Shown in pieces: positions 27,671-40,200 of a stretch of DNA of 64,000 nucleotides (the stretch's first letter is position 1; each line of letters begins with the position of its first letter). The notes under the pieces are model-generated. The model saw nothing but the letters and a program-made list of their open reading frames with translations, was not told the origin of the DNA and searched no databases. The DNA lies in assembly GCA_030141605.1 (NCBI GenBank), contig JAQGDQ010000037.1, forward strand, positions 558,001-622,000, read 5' to 3'. This DNA is from Tubiluchus corallicola (lineage: Eukaryota > Animalia > Priapulida). Made by a program: the position numbers and the translations under genes.

Positions 27671-28822
27671 GGTTTTTTACTTCTGTGTTCTCTAACTGCC
27701 CACTTTATATTTAATTAAAACTAGCTAGTATAAGAATTTCAACCAATTGTAGAGTGGAATATCCAAGGTACGACTCACTGTTTACAATTTCATTCTTTAT
27801 AATTCCATACTTTTAATTAGAAATTTGTTTTTGGCAGACCCAATGCCATAAAACTTTTCTACACGTAGGCCCTAAATGTAATTATTTACTCTTTATAGAA
27901 ACAATGTGGAGCGATCAGAGACCGTGAGCACACGATGATGCTGTGAATCTTCATAAAACCAGAGTTTTTTAGTGTTGTTTGTAGTCCATAATATCAAGAT
28001 TGCGAGAATTATTGCTAGTTTGGCTCAGATCTTTGGTTTCGAATAGAAAACAAATTGTGTACTGTTGTACCGGCCCTTGAGTCGTCTTCAACAAAATTAT
28101 AAAGCAATGAACATTTATGCCACTATAAAGCAGCTATTATTTTTATTTGTTATTACATGTACATAATCACAAAAAATAACCAATGTGCCAATTATTTTTA
28201 TTGGAATATTGCCGTAGATCAACATGGCAAAGCCTAAATGTAAATACTATTATTATTACTATGGAATAATATTATTACATTCATATTTGCTTTTAATTTA
28301 GCTTCTTCTCAGTCAAAATCATTATGTTCTAAAATATTTTTGCATGACTGCCAACTTAATGGAAGTGGATTTTTTGAATGTAAAACCGTCATTGCTATCA
28401 CAATTATGCTTTATATAATAAAGTAATTAATAATGGTTACCAGTACCCAGTCACAACTTTGAAATAAAATCTAGCACATAGCTTTAGTCCACTCTATAGT
28501 ATACAAGTGCACATGCTAAAATTAGTTACGCTACCTTTTTCAAGATGTATTTCATTATCATCTCAGAAAAAGTATTTTAAATTATATTGCTGTATCGAAA
28601 AAAAAATCAAAAAGCAATCTTGGAATCAGCAGTGAGGAAATCCATTTCAGAGTTTCAAATGCCACATATACGAATTTCATGGGAGTTCAAAGTTTCTCTT
28701 TTAATTTTATTAATTTTTCTTTCGTTTTTCTATTGCACCATTTGTTCTTGAGACTGCTTTAGTGATTTCATAAAGCAATTATTCGCACACGTGTTTCTGC
28801 TTTTAATGCAAACAGATTAGTT

Positions 28823-31800
28823 TCATCTCTTAAGACGTTTACGTGAATTTCTTCTTGAATGCCTGTTTTCTTCTATCCTGGGAGTTTTACTATTGCTACT
28901 TTGGCTAACCGTACACTTTTGGCGTTTATTGCTCTGTTCAACATGATCCTTGTCTTTCCGATTTTTTTCTTTCTTTGTTGATTTAAGCGTTTCTACTTTA
29001 CACTTCAGATCACAAGAATTTTCATTTATGCAATTTTTCAGAGCCTTCTTTTCTTTATTTTTTAGTAACTTTCGATTTTTTGCAAAAATGTTTTTCCACC
29101 GTTCTCCATTCATTTCTTTATATTTCTCCCACAACTTGCCATCAGCAAATTCTTTTAACAAAGCAGGGTTTGTTTGGTTCACTAATTTATCTTTTTTGCT
29201 GTCGACCTTCTTGTCATAACACTTATTCAGTGCTTTCATGGTTTTGAACACTTTGCATCTGTGTTGTACAATAAGTTCAGTCCTCTCCTCTTCACTAACA
29301 TTGTCCTTTGTTAGCATTTTCACACTTAAAATATGAGCCAAGCTTTTTAGCGACTGTAACAAAGGAGCAAGATCATGCAGTTTGAATAAATAATTACAGC
29401 TGATCACAGGAACAGTTTTTGTGCAAAGTATAAATCTGTAGATCTTCATAACTCTTGCTTTTGTATTGCAGTTCTTCAGGAGTTTCCTAAATGTCTTGTT
29501 TACCAGTAATTTCTTTCGCTTTGGAGTTTGAAGTTGACTTTGTGTTTGACCAAACACTGGGTTGACATCGGGCATTTGCTCGCTTACAAGTTTCCTTTCA
29601 ACAGGAGTTGAAAGCAGGTCTGGCTGGCCAAAGGTTAGGAAACTTGTGTATGGTGATTCATTGCACACAGCACTCATAGAGGCATTAGAATCAACTTTGG
29701 GATTTGCAGTCTCTTCAAATAGTCGTTGTAAAATGCTGCTATGTTCACCCTTTTTTAAGTCACTGTAAACATGCATCAAAAATATGAATGAGTATTTATT
29801 TTTATGGTCTCTGAAAAATGGAACTCTCAAAGCACTAACAATCAGGTAACAGAATATAATCTATAGTTAGAGCCCTGAGGTTGACACTGTAAATCACTGG
29901 TTGAAATACGGCAAATGCATCGCAGATTCGCAGTCAGATTGTGAGTGTGCTGGCAGAGATACTAAATTTCAGAAATGTTTGACAGATAAAGTTGGTCAAT
30001 TGAAAATTAAATACACAAATAGGCAACGTAAGTGACATGTATAGGATCATTTTGGTGAGCCTCGCCAAGAGTTGGATTTATATTTATATTTGCAATAAAT
30101 CCATTACTTTTTTATAATACTGAAAAATTGGTCTCTAATGCATTATTTGAATTTGCAAATCAGCTTTTCTCCCCATATAGGCAACACAAATTATTTAAAA
30201 AATTTCCCTCCATTATTAACAGTTAACTATCATTTATTTAGCTAAAAAAAATTGCACATTTAGCTGACTTAGCTGATTTTTTCTTTAAGCCAACTCAGCT
30301 GAAAAGTCAGTCAACCTCAACGAGCTAGCTGATATACTGTGTGAGTCAGATGATGTGGTAGCAACTGACTCAGCTTCAGCCTTTATCTATAGTATGTCCA
30401 TGCTGCTTCAGCATTATACAACATAGATAGTACAATTATATTTTTCAATTTTTAGAAATATTGTGTAGAAATTACTCACTTTTTAGTAAACGGGTCCAAT
30501 TCTGGTCCAAGCCACTCTGATATAGAAGTTGGTAAAGAAGCTGATTGTTTTATCTGTAAAGTTAGCCAGGAAAAACAAAATAATACAACAGTAGTATACC
30601 ATCTACAGCAACAACTGCAGATTACATTTTTGGTTAGTAATGCAAGGATACTAAAGTCATTTTCTAACTAGCTGCCCTTTCTATCGCAAGGCTTGAGATA
30701 TCTTACTAGACAAACTCTGTATGTTAAGTCCTAATAATATTGGAATTCATAATCTGTCAAAAAAATTCGTTTAACTGTGTCTTCATGGCAATCAACACAT
30801 AGAACTGCTAATATTGAAGTATTTAAGCTTCTACAGAAATTTATATTCCTTACTAAACACTTCTAACCATCGTATTAGTTTACATTGTATTCATAGTAAT
30901 ATTATTTTTATTCTCAACATTATGCTATGTATGTATCTATACTGCTAGTAGTTATCTGTAATTCTTCTACTGTTTGTTTATTGTCTGCACTTTTCTAAGT
31001 GTTATGTTCCATTGGCAAGAACTTTTATCAAATGTAAAACTGTCTTGTTCAAGCAATATTGTAACCTCAGTCATACTGCTTAAAAAGGATACTAAAGGCC
31101 ATGACGCTTATCATCAGGTTTTAAAAAGAAAAAGGGAAAAAAATCACATACAGGTACTAAAACTAATTTTTTGTGTACTTTTTATATTATTTACACACAA
31201 AAATACCACAATTTCATTGCTTTAACTGTGGGGTTTTTATAGCAGTAAAACGCAAGAAATCTCCTTAGATATCACTAATATGTAAGAGATTTTGTCTGAC
31301 ATTATGACGACTTTGCAAGAAACTTGTATGATAAAAAATATGTTGCCAATGTAACATCGCAAAATCGATAAAACACAACCAATGACATGTGCACAGGTTA
31401 CAAATGTAAAAACCTAGTACGAACTATTATATTTTACTAATTTTAGTAATTATAGAGGTTACATATTATATTGCAGGAAAGAACCCCAGAATCTTCTCTC
31501 TTGGAAAGTTTTCCGACATATTACTACACTCAGTCAGCAGTAATAAAGTCAAAGCTAAGATGTTTGTAAGGCAGTTTACTGTTTCAGATAAGTTCTTATT
31601 AAGCAAACCTCTTTTTTCCTATGCTGATACTTCCAGGCGTCATATAATTTTGGATACCAGTTGGTGTTCATCTCGTGAACTAAACAGCGACAAAGTACCC
31701 TGAAAAATTAAAAAATTAAGACAAGTTAAGACGTCTTGCAAGGGCTTTATATAAACTTCAAGCTCTGCGCTCGTATCAAGTGAATGTATACTACATAACA

Positions 31801-34751
31801 AGTAAATAAAAATGGAAATTAAGTGCAAATTACAAAAAGATAAACCAAAGATAGTCATCACCTCTTTCATAACTTTGAAAAATGCATTGTTTATCCTCAA
31901 ACTAAATTCTTTGATAAACCATAACGTCGGTAGAAAAGAATAAATTGGTTCCCACTTCCCAATGAACAGTGAATCACTAATTAGTTTTTTAAGTAATGCA
32001 TTAGCACTGCATTAATAAATTAGTTTCTCTCAAGAAATATTGTTTATTTTAAGAATGTATTGTTTTCTCTAACAGTTCCAATGGTATGTAAAGTTTACAG
32101 AATATTAGTGAACTATTAGTAGACCTATTATTTTACTAATATTAGTAAAATAGTAAAAACTAGTAGACCTAATATTGGTAAAGTTATTATTTTCACAGCA
32201 ATTATTAAATTAAGAGTAAAGGAGATTAAATTTAACATACTTAAGCTTTACACCTATCCACATTTGAGATACCAATGTCACATTTGACTTGACATGTGTC
32301 TACATTTGACTTACCAAAAACGCTTAAGATTTCTTGAAAACCATTGTTTACACATTTGAACTACCTAAGTCCACATTTGAGTTACCAAGACACATTTGAA
32401 TTACCTAAATCTACATTTGATTTAATGTAGGTCTATATTTGACATGTAAAACCTGTACCATATAACAGTGAGATGAAATTACTATAATTAGTTAGAAGTA
32501 TTTAATTATCCACTTAATTATAATGCGCAACTTACCATAGTCTACTAGCTGCTGCAAAAAACAAAGAATTTGTTGGTAGAAAATGAGATAACTGCATCAT
32601 TTGCGTACAGTGGCTTGTAAAAAGTTAAGTTACACAACAGTTTCTAAGTTGATTAATCATTTTGGTTAGTAATACACCCGTAGAATGAAAATATACTAAT
32701 AGGCTCATATAATATTGTTGTTTATAATGTTGTAAGAAAAGACGTCCATGTCAGGACAAAGTAAAAAAGAAAAAAACAACATAGCATATATATATAACAA
32801 AAGTTAAAAACAAAAAGATACTATGCTGCTTCATGGCAGTATTTGATCGCTCTAGCAAGTAATTTGGCAGCAAATGCTATACGCTGGAGTAAACAAACCA
32901 ACGTCGTTATTTTGACTTCTGTTTGCCGACAGTCCTTTCTATAAAAAGAGTTGGTCCTAAACTCTAATCATAACGGTTAACAGATCAATTAACTTCAAAA
33001 ATTGACGCAAATTCTTGAAAAGGAAAAACATGTAAATTACCACCCATATAAACAAAACATTCAGTCAGAAGTAAATCCTGCCCCAGAAACAAGAATGTGC
33101 AACAATCAAGTGCAGATTTGAGGGAAGGCAGATGCACCCACTTTGCATGTCAAGATAAAGTCAAATGTAATTTACTTAAATTTCATTTTACGTAGCATAT
33201 TTTACCAAAACATGTTAACTTAGATTGAAATTCTTTTTGAACATTACCTATAAAGAAAGGTTAGTTAAAATTTGTGGTCTACTAAAACACTATAAATGCT
33301 CATTTGTTTCAACAAAATAAGTTGTTTTAGATAATTTAGAACATAAAAATTGACGAAAAGTGTTCTTAGACGCCTACGCTATGTCCTCGAATGCACACCA
33401 CTGGGGTAGTTTACAGCGAGTTCTCAGACACCCTACTTGGACGATCTGAACTGCCGAATGCATTTTCTTTTTTCAGCTCAGTTCCATTCCTGTTCGTGTA
33501 AAGTGGCCACTGATACTTTGTTTCAAAGTTGCTTCATCATCAAGGCAAAGCTCTTTATTTAACGATTATGACAATAAAATTAATTGTGAGAAGATATGTC
33601 TTACTGTAGAAAAGGCCTATGGGCTTGTGGACGCTCCTCTGGGCCTATATATCAAGTCCACTTCTCAAGTGTTTATCAATTTCAAACTGTACATGCAATT
33701 ACGTGTAGGACTTAATGGCTATGCAGCTAGGGATAGATACTTTAATGATCGTGAAAATAATTCCCTAAAATAAGTCCCTAAAGTGACAAAGCCACACAGG
33801 TATTCTAACCACACTTTGATGGTCCTCAACTAGACAAACAGCCAAAGGCAGTTTTGCAGACGAAATTTCTTAGATACACCTTTCCCAGCTGTAAACTATG
33901 CACTTACTAACTGGGCCTTTACTGCTTAAATTTCGTAGCCAAGAACATGCTGTGATCACTCAGTTATTTCCCTAACCTGTGGCAAGAAACACTTTTTATA
34001 ATACATACACTGGCAATGTTGTTAGTAGACTTGAAAAACTGTTTTCTAATTCCATAGACATGAAATAGCGAATGCACTTCATCACCTGTAAATACAAATG
34101 TACAGAGCAAACAGAAATTGCTATTTAATATCTATGAATGGTAAGCTTATAATAATATACAAGTCGATTTATGCGGGTACTCACAATATCGTAAAAAGAA
34201 AACCACTTTCATTAAAAGCTTACAAATTGTTAAAAACATGCCAAAAACATTTCTACTGCAGCCTGCAGTAATCATCAATGATAGATTACACAAACAAACA
34301 AACAACCAGAGCCTACAGTAAAGAAGTTCACTAATTATGCATGTGCAAGGAAGGCAAATATATAATGAATTAAAGCAGACCTGTAGAAAAGAAAGATATA
34401 CAGTTTAAGTATAGCTAGGTGTTTGTAAACAATGTTAAGGGAATTGAACTACTTTGCATACACCAATATGCGAGGATATAGTAAATCTATACAGACTTTG
34501 CATCATCACTTTGACCAAGGTATGAATGAACTATAAAACTTACTTTTCAAGAATTACACTTTTACATTAAACTAAAACAAAGATGACCACACCTGCTTTA
34601 ACCTCTGTAAGCTTTTGTGATGTGCATGTTGACTACTTCCCCTGTAGATAAATCTGTCCAATAAAGCAAGCTCAGTATGTAATAATGTCTGATGCTTCAG
34701 TTTTAATATGATGGCTTCGACAGTACCTTTTAAAATATTGTCGTCCGTCAT
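28823..34751 (-). CDS. NEPRO: NEPRO / RMP64 (C3orf17, DUF4477; yeast Rmp1-related RNase MRP subunit)-like nucleolar protein; 7 coding exons, about 511 aa
   Basis: Exons (minus): 34593-34751, 34009-34085, 32822-32938, 32536-32613, 31609-31699, 30480-30553, 28823-29762; total 1536 nt, in frame. Translation LKHQTLLHTELALLDRFIYRGSSQHAHHKSLQRLKQVMKCI...AAKLLARAIKYC...HFLPTNSLFFAAASRLWVL...LPTSISEWLG matches the NEPRO N-terminal domain as recalled; Lys/Arg-rich C-terminus. Confidence 0.8.
29868..30385. mobile_element. hAT-type MITE in the last NEPRO intron
   Basis: Degenerate TIRs TAGAGCCCTGAGGTTGA and TCAGCTTCAGCCTTTA; perfect 8-bp TSD TCTATAGT at 29860-29867 and 30386-30393; subterminal GCTGA repeats. 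Confidence 0.75.
32255..32445. repeat. Degenerate minisatellite, unit about 20 bp, core CACATTTGA
   Basis: Repeated (C/T)ACATTTGA-(A/T)-ACC units, about 8 copies. Confidence 0.75.
32614..32821 (-). other. U12-type (minor spliceosome) GT-AG intron of NEPRO
   Basis: 5' site GTATCTTTT; branch-like AACTTAAC about 10 nt before a weak AAG acceptor; the reading frame is restored across it (TA|C = Tyr). Confidence 0.75.
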
Positions 34752-35653
34752 CTAAGTAAACAGATGTAATAGTGATTACTGTAAATTCTAGAGCCAACTT
34801 CCCTGAAACCTTTATCATAAAAAATTTTTGTCGCTGCTGCATTGTTTAAAAAAAGTAAAAGAAATTAGAGTAACATCTTAATTCATGTAAATGCCAAGGT
34901 TCATAAGATGTAGAAGTGAAGCGATCCATTAGAGTTCTTCAATACTGTGCTCAAGAATTATGCATTGCTGCACTGATAGTACAATAATCGTTGGCGCATC
35001 ATATATAACAGTGAGAGTTCTTTACACATTTTGCCACCCTAAATGCACACTGCACAGTAGCATTTGAAAATAAAACAGTAGGACCAGATACATGTAATAA
35101 CAGGTTTTGCCTACAAAGTTATTTTCATTTATACTTCTTAAAAATAGACATGCAACTCAAGCTACTTTTACAGCCTTCGTCCTTGCATTATGGTTTAATT
35201 TGGTTTCGCTTCAACTTGAATTTCAAAGTAAAATAAGTGTGCACGTGTAACCAGTGCTCACTTAATCAAAGTTTTGTTTGTTGAAAATTTATAAAAGATT
35301 TAGTAGTTTCAAGTTTATTGTAGCTCTTTATTGTAGTTCAAGATGAGTAGATACTGAATGTCGAAAAATGGAAAAAAATCAAGCGAGCACTAATAACCAT
35401 TTACTGCGAGAGCATTAATTATATTATTGTATTATTGCCAGTGCATTATATTCACAGATTTCATAGAATACATAGTGCAGCTGCCGCACACTATTGTACT
35501 AAATGTGATAATAAGAAAAACTTTTAACTTCAAATTATATTAATCAGCCGTATTCATGTGCATTTTTCATACAAACTATATGTATGTCCAGGGTGCAATA
35601 AATAAACAAGAAACTTATATAACCTACCAATTTCTTTGCAAAATATTAAACAA

Positions 35654-35895
35654 ACTTACTGTAAAACTGATCAATTTATCCAGTAGGGTATTTCACGTAT
35701 GGACACTTCGAGCAAACACAGTTAACAACAGTATAACATATAAAATGCTATTAGAATTTACAAACTGTGGCGCAGCATCGAGCCATGAACTCATAAGCAA
35801 TATACCTTATCTTTGGATTTACTAGCAACCTAGGCGATTTTTGTGATTTCTCCTCTTATCACGCTTCACACATTTATGAATTATAATTCGTAAGT
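35654..35895. promoter_or_regulatory. Putative bidirectional promoter and non-coding first exons of NEPRO (-) and APTX (+)
   Basis: Divergent GTAAGT donors: minus strand at 35659-35654 and plus strand at 35890-35895, with CpG enrichment between. Both ATG-bearing exons have acceptors just upstream. Confidence 0.55.
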
Positions 35896-35904
35896 TTGAC
35901 ATAA

Positions 35905-36415
35905 AAAGCAGAAAGCAACAAGCAATGCATGCTTTTCTTCAGCACAAGAATGTATTAACTAGCAAGAAATTAAGTCTTAACGTAAGACTCCAATTATTTA
36001 ATGCTTACGTTACCAACATATTTATGTACAACAGTGAAACTTGTGGTTTAACGATTACTCAAGAAAAGCAAATTGACACATTTGGTAGAAGTCTTCTTAG
36101 GAAAGTTTCAAAGATAAGATGGCCTTACATAATCAAAAGTGAAGATTTATGCACCAGAATAAAAGAAATTTGTTGGACTTCAAGATCCGAAGATTAAGAT
36201 GGCTAGGACGTCTTCTAAGATTACCAAATGAAGTACTACTACTAGTAGTAGTAGTAGTAAGAATCGCCTTAAAGGAAACCTTAAAATCTTGCAAAAAACT
36301 ACCTGTTAAACCGAAAACAACTGGGATAGCTAAGATAAATAAAGATGTTCAACAACTTCAACCAAATTTATCTTCAGAAGTATAAGCACTTGTGCTGTTA
36401 GCTGCAGATAGAAGT
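35905..36415 (+). mobile_element. RTE-clade LINE ORF2 3' remnant
   Basis: ORFs 35925-36197 and 36149-36385: LFNAYVTNIFMYNSETCGL...LLRKVSKIRW...RRLRWLGRLLRLP, the frameshifted RTE thumb/C-terminal signature. Confidence 0.8.
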
Positions 36416-36859
36416 GAACCATAGATCTAGAATTACCCACAATTCTAGATCCATGATGGAACCAAAATATGCACTGAATTCAGTAGCCTATGCTTTATAT
36501 GTACCACATTGCTCAAACGTGCATGCTCATCATTGAGTTTCAATTTTAGGCGAGCTTTTTTTTATTTCTTGCTCATTTTCTTATGATTTTCTTTTGCTCA
36601 GCATTACTCAGCAAGATAAGATTTACACAAACTGCCTACAAGGTCAGGCAGTTCACAATGGCCGCTCTACCACAGAAAAATTAGTAAGCTAAAAGGACAA
36701 CAAAAAGGTCAAGGTCGCGAGACCCTTAATAGCAAGCCAGAATTATATTTTTAAATGCTACCTAACACCTATGACTCACAACCTGACACTGCAATATTTG
36801 GGAGCAGGTATATCATTGAGATGAAATTTACAAATGTTGGTAATGTTCATTTTTCAGAT

Positions 36860-37112
36860 ATTTGCAGTGAAATAAGCTTATCATATCAAAGCTATGAGTT
36901 ATTTTAAGTTACATTTTTTGTGTCTTGATAAATACATAAAATTATAAAAAGTTAAGATGCATAGCCACAAATTCTAGAGACACCTTAATTTGTAGTGAAA
37001 TAAGCCAATCATTATCTCAAAGCTATGTGTTATTTTGCAAAGCTATATTATTTGTGAATTTGATAAATACACGTGAAAAGTGATTAAGATGCTTAGCCGT
37101 AAATTCTAGAGC
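36860..37112. repeat. Tandem duplication, unit about 130 bp
   Basis: TTG(C/T)AGTGAAATAAGC...CAAAGCTATG(A/T)GTTATTTT...TTGATAAATACA...TTAAGATGC(A/T)TAGCC..AAATTCTAGAG x2. Confidence 0.8.
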
Positions 37113-37274
37113 TGAAAAGACACCTGTTACTATTTTTAAGAGGACGGACTCTTGCTTAAACTATTATGTTGTAATTTTCTGAAGAACTAAGTTGCAAGAA
37201 TAGGAAATTTTCATTATTAAAACTATCTAACATTTTGTCGTTCCATTTCAGCTGATGAGTCATAAGGGTGACAG

Positions 37275-40200
37275 ATGTTTCTCACTCGAGTAAATACTTC
37301 AGCAAGCACAAATCTACCTATGGCAATGACACCAAAGAGAAAACTAGATGCTCCTCATAGCAGTGTGAAGAGCATCAAAACATCACATTGGAGCATGGGC
37401 TTGAAAGCGTCTATAGATGATCCGGAACTCAGAGTTGATGCAGATGAAAAAGTTATAATCATTAAGGACAAGTATCCTAAGGTGCTTAAATTCTAAATTG
37501 TTTGCTAGAATTCTGTTTAAATTGACAAGTGATAAATTATGGAATTTATCAATTTAATAAATACCTTGTAACTATCGTCTGTTTCTCTTCAGCAGGGTAA
37601 CAGCACTTTTAAGGCTCTCTGCAAAACAATTTGGTGGGCCCCGTATCATTCAAACGTAAAAGTTTTGTGGCTTGTGTATCAAACCACAATTTTTAAAATT
37701 AGTTATAAAACTGTCACAACTTGCTTTAAATTTTTTCTTCGTGATTTGACTGATTTCGTCAAAAGCTTCGTTGATTTGAACAAAAATTCCTGAAAGCTAA
37801 TTATGCATAACTCATTTCAATTCAATTCAATTTAGGTTTATTGTGCAAATACTTCACTTACATTAATAGTACATTAATTTTGCAAATTCTGCACTAAAAA
37901 TGCGTTATTCAAAAACATACATAAAATTACAAATTATTTGCAGCATTAGAAAACAATGAGTGATGTTGAATCCCAAAATATTATTACAGCAAGCTATTGC
38001 TAGGTGTTCTTGATTTTACTATTTTTGCCCAAACGAGTCTGAATTTATCGTGCTTACACACAGTAGTAAAAATTTTACACTACTATGATAATAATAATAT
38101 TAATGTAAACTATTAGCAAAGGCAATACTAGGCAATACTAACAAAAATTACATTTTAATTTTACGCATTACAACAACATTGTTTTAATACATAGTTTATA
38201 CTTGGAATGTTAAAATAACTTTTGTGTTTTATCATTCTGAGTTTACATAACTTTTAACAGAAGTACAAGAAGACTATAATCACATACTGTCTCCAGCAGT
38301 TGTATACTTCTATCAAACTACTTCTTACTGGTACATCCTTAGAATAATAATAGTCATTTATACAGGAATATTAATGCTTTCATCATGGCTACTATAAGGG
38401 TACACTCTTGTTATTGCTATCTTTATTGATAATTTTGACATAATTCTGTACCTTTTCTTCAGCATACAATCATTTCATACATCATAACAAACAGATTAGA
38501 AAATTTTTAAACCTCATAGGTCCTTTTCTGAGATGGACCAATTTTCTCGATTCGTTTTTCACTAACGTATCATTACAACCCTCTTGATTTTACAGTGTGC
38601 AGACAACTTTGTGAAATGGGTGCCAAAGATGGGCAATAACTCTAAAATAATTTACATATAACTAGTGTTAGACACAAATAAGTCATAAGTAAATCATAAA
38701 TACAATACTACTAAGTTTCCAGGAGACCTAAGAAGCGGACTTATGTAAGGCCACTTAACTATTAAGTTACTATAATACACATGGTTAGTAAAGAATATTA
38801 AAATGAAGATTATAGAAAACCCAAGTGATACTCTTTGTACAGGGTAATGACCAATAAAAAAAGACTTTCCTACCCTAGGCGTCTCTTCTTTGCGTGAAAG
38901 AGCCCTCTAACCCTTTAGCTTCCCTGCAGTTTCAAGGCTATGGGTATTTACCGTATATTCCCACCCAAAAATATAAAAGTAGCCTGTTAACAAAACTGAC
39001 TTTTTTCAAGTTCTTCAGAACAAAGAGTAGTAAAACTAAGATAACAAAGAACATAATTATTAAATGTAGTTCGGATGATACGTTAAATAAAATTTTATTT
39101 GAAATATAATCATTAAATTTTGTAGTTAATGCTTGCTTTTTGTCTTGCTTTACAGGCAAAGTTTCATTTTTTAATTTTGCCACGTGAAAGTATTCCCAAT
39201 ATCAAAGGATTAACTGTGGATCATTTGCCATTGTTAAAACACATGGAAAAATGTGGAAGAGATGTAGCAGACAAGTGAGTTTTTCCTAAATGACGTTTTC
39301 AGTGTGTCTTTAAAATTGCTAACCGCACAACTGAAATTGTAAATGAAAGTGAAAATTTGGCAGAAGCACAAAAAATTGAAATGTGTGTAATTACCCACGA
39401 TTTTTACAATGCCAAGACAGCTAATTTGATGTTTAGTTACTTGCTTTCATGTCATCTTCAAAATAATACTTATAAGCAGCAAGCTATTGAAATGTTCAAC
39501 TAGTAAAGTAACTTTATTTTACGTTGCGCCACCTAAAACTTACAGCATGGAAAATATCCATATTCCACAAATATGTCCTTGAGTTAGTGAAAATTTGAAC
39601 ACAAAAGAGGGTGAAGCTCGGCCCTGCAACAATATTTATTGCAGTTGTTTTTAAAGGTCCAACGACACCCTGGTTAGACACTTGCTGTCAAAATTCACTA
39701 CTGACTAGCCTGACACAAAAAGCGGCTTTATTTCATTATAAACTTGCGTGTTTCGGTTTGGTTAGCATTGAAACACTTCAAATTTAGCAGCGCACAGACA
39801 TCTTGCGAAAAATGAAAAATTCCGGAAGAAAGTGGAAGTGACATCATGTTAGGAATGACACTGCTCATGTGTGACTCTCGCTATATTTACATGTGGGCAA
39901 AATCAAGCGATACACCGATAATGAAGAGACTGGGGTACTTGCATTTTCGTATTTTAGTGTTAAGCTCAAATAATAGGTTTGTCCACACTTACTTGAATGC
40001 ACTATATTTTATAGATGAAAAATTTTAATAACGAAGTACATTCTTGAAGTAACGTGTAAAAAATCAGGAGAAATATTTTAAGATGTGAAGAAAGGGAGGT
40101 TGTTATTAAAATCGGGAGTTTCCGTTAAACTGGTAGGGTTGAAATGTCTTACTGCTAACCTTTACTAAATACAATTTTTTTGAAATTTAGTTACAAGGGT

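Noticed and set aside
28823-29830. 335-aa ORF as a stand-alone novel gene
   Set aside because: It is the last NEPRO exon; acceptor CAG at 29765-29763 joins it in frame.
32255-32445. CRISPR-like array
   Set aside because: Eukaryotic intron; degenerate contiguous units without unique spacers; no cas genes.
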